Origin: Infirmifilum sp.
GTDB lineage: Archaea > Thermoproteota > Thermoprotei > Thermofilales > Thermofilaceae
Length of the DNA: 64,000 nt
Direction of reading: 5' to 3'
Assembly (NCBI GenBank): GCA_041287245.1
Contig: JBEULP010000108.1
Location: forward strand, 27,860 to 91,859
In this document: positions 57,371 through 64,000 of the stretch, piece by piece
How positions within the stretch are numbered: position 1 is the first letter of the stretch
How the letters are laid out: each line of letters begins with the position of its first letter
Translations under genes and position numbers: made by a program
The notes under the pieces: generated by a model
Told to the model about the DNA's origin: nothing
What the model saw: only the letters and a program-made list of their open reading frames with translations
Database searches by the model: none

Positions 57371-58351
57371 CTACCACCTCCTATGCACAAGTCTTGGGCC
57401 ACCCCCCTCCTCGAGGGAGTCTCTAAGCTCCCGACCAGTAAGGTAGATGAAAACCTCATTAAGGGTTGGACGCTTATAGGTAACCTCTACTATCTTTAGG
57501 CCCCGGCTACTCGCCAGCTCGAAGATCCTCGGCATAGCCGTAGACGCGTTCTTAACGACAAGCTGCACCGTGTCCCGAGAGACAGGCGTGCAGTTATCTA
57601 TGAAGTCGGCCTCGATGCAAGGCGTAGCCTCAAAGCCGCCGTCAAGCCTTAGGTACACGATTTCGCTGCCCAGCATAGACTTCAACTGTTCAGGCGTGCC
57701 CTCAGCCTTAATCTTGCCGTGATCCATGATGGCGATGCGCTCGCAGAGCTGGTCAGCCTCGTCCATGTAGTGTGTAGTTAGGAGAATAGTCATGCCGTGC
57801 TCTTTCTTTATGGCAGTGATATAATCCCATATCTTAACCCTTGTCTGGGGGTCTAAGCCTATCGTAGGCTCGTCCAGGAAGAGTATTTCAGGCTCGTGCA
57901 GCAAGGAGCGGGCTATCTCAAGCCTCCTCCTCATCCCCCCTGAGAAGTACCTGACCAGTTTGTTCGCATAAGGCTTAAGCTCGACAAAGTCTAGAAGCTC
58001 GTTTATCCTCCTCTTAAGCTCCTCCCCGCTGAGCCCGTAGAGCTTACCGTGAATATACATGTTGTCGTACGCTGTAAGCTGGTTGTCCAGGCTAGGATCC
58101 TGGAAGACGATGCCTATGCGCTTCCTAACCAATCCGGGTTGCTTTACAACGTCAAAACCTGCAACCGTGACCCTACCGCTGGTAGGCTTTAGAAGCGTGG
58201 TGATTATATGTATGGTTGTAGTCTTGCCTGCACCGTTCGGTCCCAGCAGACCATATATCTCGCCGCTCCTAACCTTGAAGCTGATATGGTCAACGGCTGT
58301 GACGTCCTTAAACTTTTTAACAAGATCCTCGACAACTATGGCTTCACTCAT
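57371..58351 (-). CDS. ABC exporter ATPase (DrrA-like)
   Basis: GPNGAGKT, FSGGM, LDEPTIGLDP and TTHYM motifs. Confidence 0.9.
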   Translation of the reverse strand: MSEAIVVEDLVKKFKDVTAVDHISFKVRSGEIYGLLGPNGAGKTTTIHIITTLLKPTSGRVTVAGFDVVKQPGLVRKRIGIVFQDPSLDNQLTAYDNMYIHGKLYGLSGEELKRRINELLDFVELKPYANKLVRYFSGGMRRRLEIARSLLHEPEILFLDEPTIGLDPQTRVKIWDYITAIKKEHGMTILLTTHYMDEADQLCERIAIMDHGKIKAEGTPEQLKSMLGSEIVYLRLDGGFEATPCIEADFIDNCTPVSRDTVQLVVKNASTAMPRIFELASSRGLKIVEVTYKRPTLNEVFIYLTGRELRDSLEEGGGPRLVHRRW

Positions 58352-58821
58352 CTCTCACCACCCCTTAATATCCCCAACACCCTATACTCAAAGTCTAGGA
58401 CAGCCTTAGAGAGCTCCTCAACCTGCTCATCACTCAACCTATCCATATTCTCAACCACCTCACCTATAATCCGGAAAAGGCGTGAACACCCAGAATCATT
58501 AAACCTCTTGAATGAGCGGGCAAGCCTTAATGCCTCTTCAACCTTGTCCCTATGGGCCTCCAGAAAACGCACCCCATCCCCACTCAAGCTGTAAACCTTT
58601 ACGCGCCTACCGGCTCTCTCAACCTCTTCAACCTTAACAAGCCCGTGCCGCTCTAAGTGTCGGATAATAGGGAAAAACGCACCACTACTAGGCATAAAAC
58701 CGGTTAGCTCCTCAATCTTCCTCATAAGCCCGTAAGCGTGAGTGGGCTTGTTATTCAAAGCGTATAGCACGAGGAACTTGAGGGTACCCCCGTACTTGCC
58801 CTTGACGCCTAACTTCTTCAT
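58348..58821 (-). CDS. PadR-family transcriptional regulator
   Basis: HAYGLM...PSSGAFFPII..LE..GLV...VKVYSL pattern; heads the ABC operon. Confidence 0.85.
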   Translation of the reverse strand: MKKLGVKGKYGGTLKFLVLYALNNKPTHAYGLMRKIEELTGFMPSSGAFFPIIRHLERHGLVKVEEVERAGRRVKVYSLSGDGVRFLEAHRDKVEEALRLARSFKRFNDSGCSRLFRIIGEVVENMDRLSDEQVEELSKAVLDFEYRVLGILRGGER

Positions 58822-58924
58822 ATATGTCTGCAGACAGTATATAGATATAGTTAATAAACCTATCGTTTGATAATTCCAGAAAAAAGCCGCAACTGACTTT
58901 ATAAGATCTTTATTCTATCTTTCT

Positions 58925-58985
58925 ACTGATGAGGAGGGTCTGGAGCACTGAAACATAAATGATGAAGACATCTAGAAATCTGACT
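58925..58985 (+). ncRNA. C/D box sRNA (predicted tRNA-Trp Cm34 guide)
   Basis: C CTGATGA 58926-58932, D' CTGA 58948-58951, C' ATGATGA 58959-58965 and D CTGA 58980-58983; TATA TTTATAA about 25 nt upstream; T-tract downstream. Confidence 0.8.
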
Positions 58986-59025
58986 CTTTTCTCAAGGCAC
59001 CCCTCTAGCAGCCTAGAAGCACATA

Positions 59026-59679
59026 CTAGACCTGTCTCCTCGACCTGAACATTTGAAGCTCTAGCTCATAAGCCTCACGCGGGAGCTGAACGGGCTCCCC
59101 CAGTAGGCTAGCAAGAATATATGTTTTCGCGGCTCTCTCAAGGTAGACGAGAGAATCCAGAGCCTCGTCGAGGCTAGAGCCGCATGCGAGGGCCCCGTGG
59201 TTAGCTAGTATAACTGCGTTTCTCTCGCCCAACGCCCTTACAACGTTCTCCGCGAGCTCCTCGCTACCCGTAACGGCGTACTCAGCCACCTTGACCTCTC
59301 CGCCGAGATAGATAACTGTCTCCTCAAGTATAGGTGGGAGGCTCCTCCTGAGAGCCGCGAGTACTGAAGCGTAAGGCGAGTGTGCATGCACTACAGCCTT
59401 CACGTCTTTTCTAGCCCTGTAAACTGCGAGGTGTGTCCTGGTCTCCACGGAAGGTCGGCCCTCCCCCTCGACTACATTTAGGTTGGAATCTATAACGAGG
59501 ATGTCCTCGGGTCTGAGCCTCGACTTCCTAGCGCCGCTGGGCGAGATAAGGAATAGCCCCTCCTGAGGAGCCCTGAGGCTTATGTTTCCACTATACCCGT
59601 AGTTAAGCCCCTTCTCCTCGAGAAACCTGAACGCCTCGACTATCTGTCGCCTCATCTCCTCGAAAAGCATGCCTTTCAC
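59026..59679 (-). CDS. Class II aldolase/adducin family (FucA/MtnB-like)
   Basis: SGNIS, ISPSG, PSVE..TH, VHAHSPY and LANHG motifs. Confidence 0.85.
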   Translation of the reverse strand: MKGMLFEEMRRQIVEAFRFLEEKGLNYGYSGNISLRAPQEGLFLISPSGARKSRLRPEDILVIDSNLNVVEGEGRPSVETRTHLAVYRARKDVKAVVHAHSPYASVLAALRRSLPPILEETVIYLGGEVKVAEYAVTGSEELAENVVRALGERNAVILANHGALACGSSLDEALDSLVYLERAAKTYILASLLGEPVQLPREAYELELQMFRSRRQV

Positions 59680-59765
59680 AAGGAAATACCCCCTCTCGGG
59701 GATATATCAATTATTACGGGTCTTCTAGACAAGGTTTATATAAGCATTAATCGATATCTTTTTCT

Positions 59766-61043
59766 GTGACAACAGAAGAAAAATTCAGCTACTATAAAAT
59801 ATTCCTCCTCGGCTTCGGCTTCTTCGGTATCAGCATCATATGGTCCATATACAACTCATACGTACCAATATTCCTTAAAAACCTGGGGCTAGCCTCCTGG
59901 CTCGTAGGCTTTATAATGACCATAGACAACATCTTCGCAGTTATCCTACTACCCTACCTCGGAGTCCTGAGCGACGTTACCAGGACAAGGATCGGCAGGA
60001 GAAAACCTTACATACTCCTAGGCGCACCCCCCGCGGCCCTAACCTTCGCGTTGATACCGTTCTTCCAGGGCCAGCTCGCCCCCATGATGCTCGTCATTAT
60101 AATAATGAACTTCTCAATGGCGCTCTTCAGATCCCCCGTGATCGCATTCATGCCAGACATAACTCCAAGCGAGAAGAGAAGCCAGGCTAACGGGATAATA
60201 AATTTCATGGGAGGTATCGGCTCCCTCCTTGCATTCTTCGCGGGCGCGCTCCTATACAACATCAACCCGTCCTACCCCTTCATCGCCTCCGCCATCATCC
60301 TCATCGCCTCAAGCATCCTTGTAGTCATACTTGTAGACGAGCCCGAGGAGTTCAAGGTTAGGGAGACTGGAGGGCCAAGCTTCCTAGAGCTGTTAAGAAA
60401 GACTTTCAGGCAAAGCTTCGACGAGCTCTCCGACAACCTCAAGCTCGCCTTCACAGACCCCGACAAGAGCCTCCTATTTATGCTTACGTCTATCTTCCTC
60501 TGGTTCATAGGTTACAACGCCATCGAGACCTTCTTCACAAGCTACGCCAAGTGGTTCATGGGGGTGGGCGAGGCAACAGGCTCTTTCATGCTCGGCTTTG
60601 TAGCCCTAGGGTTTCTCATATTCTCGCTTCCCGCAGGTTTTATAGGAGCAAAGCTTGGGAGGAGGCGGACAATGACCCTTGGACTCATACTACTAACCCT
60701 GCTACTCCTAGGCGTCCACCTCGCCGTTACGACACTAGGGGGATCCCACGTGGTAACTGTCGTCGAAGCCCTGTTCCTCTTAGGCGGCTTTGCCTGGGCA
60801 CTTGTAAACGTAAACAGTCTCCCAACAGTGGTTGACATGACGACACGCGAGAAGCTCGGCGCATTCACAGGACTATACTACTTCGCCTCCCAGAGCGCGT
60901 CTATACTCGCACCCCCACTCGCGGGGCTTTTCATAGACATCTCAGGATACGGGACACTTATGCCCTACTCCATGCTTTTCCTCCTGCTATCCGCCGTCAC
61001 CCTCCAGTTTGTAAGGAAGGGCGAGGCGAGGAAAGGCTTCTAA
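59766..61043 (+). CDS. MFS sugar (maltose/sucrose-type) transporter
   Basis: LLGFGFFGI, LSDVTRTRIGRRKPY and RSQANGIINFMGG motifs. Confidence 0.82.
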   Translation: MTTEEKFSYYKIFLLGFGFFGISIIWSIYNSYVPIFLKNLGLASWLVGFIMTIDNIFAVILLPYLGVLSDVTRTRIGRRKPYILLGAPPAALTFALIPFFQGQLAPMMLVIIIMNFSMALFRSPVIAFMPDITPSEKRSQANGIINFMGGIGSLLAFFAGALLYNINPSYPFIASAIILIASSILVVILVDEPEEFKVRETGGPSFLELLRKTFRQSFDELSDNLKLAFTDPDKSLLFMLTSIFLWFIGYNAIETFFTSYAKWFMGVGEATGSFMLGFVALGFLIFSLPAGFIGAKLGRRRTMTLGLILLTLLLLGVHLAVTTLGGSHVVTVVEALFLLGGFAWALVNVNSLPTVVDMTTREKLGAFTGLYYFASQSASILAPPLAGLFIDISGYGTLMPYSMLFLLLSAVTLQFVRKGEARKGF

Positions 61044-61252
61044 AGAAGTACACGTGTTTTCTCTCAACAGTAATTTACCACCGTCCTCTACATTATCTCG
61101 TCCTGTGCACACCACCCCGCCCCTAGGTACCATATAACCCTGTGAGAGCAGAAAGCCACGTCGCAAAAGCTTGGGGCCACAGTATCAAAGACACATCTTT
61201 AGCGCTATTCCCCAATATGCTAGCCTTTTAGAGTTTGCCACCTCCCGAAGCG

Positions 61253-62077
61253 TTATTTTTGGCTTTTAGATTTGAAGATTTTTATTTCACAGTATGGGTC
61301 GCCCTTAGCTATGCACTTCTCCTCCCTCGCAACGATGTCTCCAAACTCTAGCCCCCACCGCGCGGCAAGCCATCCAGCTAACAATCCCCTAACAAAACCG
61401 CTCCTAGGCCCGCCAGCGCCCTTAAAGAGCTCGCACTCAAAAGAGTCGTAAACGCGGATCGTAGCCTCCTTGTCCCCGTCGTCCAGCTTCACAACCTCCA
61501 GAACACCAAACCCCTGCGTTTGGAAAAATGCCTGTGCCAACCTCACCTGAACCCCAGGGTCGGGGCTAAGGCTAGCATGCCTCGTAAAGGTAGAGTGGCC
61601 TGCATCGAGGCCAACGGCATAGAGTAGTGCCGCGTAGGGAGCACCGAAGCGCTCCCACCCGCCCCTGATGAATCCCGAGTAGAGCGACTTCCTGATTATA
61701 ATGGCTCTTTCGTCAGAGAGGCTTACTGGGAAGCTGACCGTATCAACAGCTATGCCGTCAGCGAGGGGTGGGACAACCCTCAAACTCTCAACAGGTGTAA
61801 GCTTTCTCAGCTCCCTCGAGACCAGCTCCACCTTGTCCTCGGCACCCTTGAAGTCTGCGAATACTATCACAACTACCTTGTCGTCAATCGCCGAAGTTTT
61901 TACCTGTAGAATGTTAACGTCGTGATCCGCGAAAACCCGCGCCATGGCGGCGATAACCCCTTTGGTCCAAAGGGCCTCCCCCCTCAAAATCATATGAAAC
62001 ATGTAGGGTCGGGTTCCGGGCCTTAGCACAAGACGCCCAGCCTCGTAACGCAGGGGGTGACTATTCGTGCTAGACAT
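61253..62077 (-). CDS. ACT + V4R domain protein
   Basis: ACT-like KGVIA..ARVFADHDVNIL; V4R SFEC...RG..AG...EEKCIAKGDPYCE. Confidence 0.8.
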   Translation of the reverse strand: MSSTNSHPLRYEAGRLVLRPGTRPYMFHMILRGEALWTKGVIAAMARVFADHDVNILQVKTSAIDDKVVVIVFADFKGAEDKVELVSRELRKLTPVESLRVVPPLADGIAVDTVSFPVSLSDERAIIIRKSLYSGFIRGGWERFGAPYAALLYAVGLDAGHSTFTRHASLSPDPGVQVRLAQAFFQTQGFGVLEVVKLDDGDKEATIRVYDSFECELFKGAGGPRSGFVRGLLAGWLAARWGLEFGDIVAREEKCIAKGDPYCEIKIFKSKSQK

Positions 62078-62207
62078 ACGCCACTATAATTCCTTTAAAC
62101 CAGCTTAAATATTTAACTTTTTTAGCATTAAAATGCCCAAAAACAAAAAAGGCTGCACGACGACGGAAAGCTTATCAGGTACTTCAATACACTTCTATTA
62201 GAGGCCC

Positions 62208-64000
62208 ATGCATAGAGGACAGGCAGAGGTCGTAGCAGCCCTCTTATCCACCCTCGTCTTGGTGGCGGCCTTCGCCATTCTCTGGATCTCCCTCTACCCC
62301 CAGTACCTCGGGCTCGAGCAGTCCGTTCAGCGAAACATCCTGTACGCGAGGCTCGCGGCCCGGGAACAGCTAGTCCTAGAGCGTGCAAGGCTACAAGACG
62401 GGAAGCTCAACCTAACAATTGCTAACACAGGCGACTTCGAAACGACGCTAATAGCAGTCTACCTCAACGAGACACTAGCGTGGAACGGGGCGCTGCAAAT
62501 ACCACCTGGAGCCTCGAAGAGCCTAGAAGCCCCCGCGGGCAGCGCGGCTAGCTACGTAATCAAGCTCTGCACCCTGCGGGGCAACTGCTGGGCCTTCCAG
62601 GAAACAGCCACCACCACGACGACTCCGCCACCGCCCCCCGCCCCTCAGCAGCCTCTCTTCTCGCTGGTCTCCTGGAACCAGACCATCTCGGGGCCCCCCT
62701 CGGGTAAAGCCCGGCTCGTCTTCACCCTAGCAAACAACGGGGCTGTGCCTGGGGCTGCGCGCGTAGAGGTCTACAACCACTCCGGGGGACTTGTCAACCA
62801 GACCCTGCTCGCCGTCCCAGGCGGCTCTCAAGCCACGGGGGAGCTAACCGTCACGCTGCCCCCCACCCCCGGCACGTACACGTGGACAATCAAGGTGTAC
62901 AACAATGCCACCGGCGTCTACGACGACAGCAAGACTTTTATCGTCGCTGTCCAAACCCCTGTTTTCCGCATCACAAGCTACAACACCTCCATCTCCGGTT
63001 TGCCGGGTAGCACCGCCAAGCTGGTCGTCACAGTCTCCAACGACGGGTCTGTTCCGGGGACAGCGCGCGTAGAGGTCTACGATAATACTGGTGCCCTGAA
63101 GGCCAGCCAGACACTAACGATAAACGCAGGGTCCACCTCAACCGCAAGCCTAGCCCTCACGCTACCCTCGAACACAGGCACCTACACCTGGACACTCAAG
63201 GTTCTGAACGTGCAGACAGGCGTCTACGACGACAGCAAAACCTTCACAGTACGCGTCGCAGACCTAGTGCTGCTAAGCAGAACCGCGTTCCTCTACGAGA
63301 GCTTCGAAACAATGCCAGCAAACTGGGCCAGCATAGGAGGATCCTGGAGCAACGTCAGCGGCGGCTGGTCCGGCAACGCACTCCAAGGAACCGATGACAA
63401 TAAAGGCCCAGGCCGGGAGTCCGTCTACTACTACAGTGGCAACATCCCCCAAAGCTTCCAGGCCATTGTGAAGATCGGGGGTGTAAGCCGTAATGACGGG
63501 ATTTACAGGGGGTTTGCACTGCTCGAAAAGCTCGACGCCAGCTCTCGGCTCTATGAGATAAGCGCAATGCCATCGGGGAACTTTATATACTTGTATATAT
63601 GGCGTTATAGTGGAGGATGGTCAAGGCTGGCCTCTTCAGCGGCGAGCTATGTCTCTACCTGGTACACGGTTTACCTCTCATACACCCTCTCTGGCAACCA
63701 GAATACTCTTGCCGCAACTCTCTACGACAGCAGCGGGAACCCGCTTACGACGGTTAGCGCCACAGACTCCACGTTCACGCCCGCCTACCTTGGGCTGGCC
63801 GTCGACGGGGGGTCTTCTCTGTTCGACGAGGTCGTCGCCGCGACGGGCGACCCGCGCTACGTAAGGGTCACTGGCTTGCAGCCCGGCTGGACCGTGGAGC
63901 TATGGAACGGCAGCAAGCTGGTGGCCTCTGCCGTCGCAGATGCGGGCGGCGCGGCGAGCCTCAACGTTCTCCAGCTTCCTATTATCCGTGGGGCTACGAT
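62208..64000 (+). CDS. Large type IV pilin-like adhesin (class III signal peptide), 3' end outside the window
   Basis: Not in the ORF track because there is no stop before the window end. It reads MHRG|QAEVVAALLSTLVLVAAFAILW..., then a pilin domain, a T/P linker, two Ig-like repeats and a lectin-like beta domain. The frame is open for about 597 codons. Confidence 0.8.
   Translation, partial: MHRGQAEVVAALLSTLVLVAAFAILWISLYPQYLGLEQSVQRNILYARLAAREQLVLERARLQDGKLNLTIANTGDFETTLIAVYLNETLAWNGALQIPPGASKSLEAPAGSAASYVIKLCTLRGNCWAFQETATTTTTPPPPPAPQQPLFSLVSWNQTISGPPSGKARLVFTLANNGAVPGAARVEVYNHSGGLVNQTLLAVPGGSQATGELTVTLPPTPGTYTWTIKVYNNATGVYDDSKTFIVAVQTPVFRITSYNTSISGLPGSTAKLVVTVSNDGSVPGTARVEVYDNTGALKASQTLTINAGSTSTASLALTLPSNTGTYTWTLKVLNVQTGVYDDSKTFTVRVADLVLLSRTAFLYESFETMPANWASIGGSWSNVSGGWSGNALQGTDDNKGPGRESVYYYSGNIPQSFQAIVKIGGVSRNDGIYRGFALLEKLDASSRLYEISAMPSGNFIYLYIWRYSGGWSRLASSAASYVSTWYTVYLSYTLSGNQNTLAATLYDSSGNPLTTVSATDSTFTPAYLGLAVDGGSSLFDEVVAATGDPRYVRVTGLQPGWTVELWNGSKLVASAVADAGGAASLNVLQLPIIRGAT

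Overview
Chromosomal segment of a hyperthermophilic crenarchaeon. A Thermofilaceae/Thermoproteales-like origin is inferred from the form III RuBisCO, archaeal TyrRS, Elp3, Nre, GH57 amylopullulanase, TupABC, C/D box sRNAs and frequent TTG/GTG starts with GGTGA ribosome-binding sites. Content, in order: a thermopsin-like protease; a starch/maltodextrin cluster (GH4, stand-alone DOMON surface protein, GH57, GH13, MalEFG without MalK); HtrA; RuBisCO; metal and tungsten genes; a Nre-radical SAM repair operon; an Elp3-Trm9-like tRNA modification pair; many housekeeping enzymes and transporters; and a large pilin-like adhesin running off the right end. The most striking observation is at 18934-19022. 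The DHH phosphoesterase gene directly behind RuBisCO has its middle replaced by a repeat-spacer-repeat CRISPR unit (25-nt repeat GTATCAGAAAAGAATGAATTGAAAG). The 39-nt spacer is the reverse complement of the gene's own junction and deleted continuation (reads S-R-V-A-L-Y-G-C-I-G-D-Y-A), i.e. a self-targeting CRISPR unit sitting in place of its own target. A second, solitary variant of the repeat lies at 5073-5097. No cas genes are present in the window. Also found by direct reading: two C/D box sRNAs (one predicted to guide tRNA-Trp Cm34), a decayed MNT-HEPN pair, a 25-aa Lys/Glu-rich ORF and two probable CTG-initiated genes. All calls come from motif recognition only; no searches were run.
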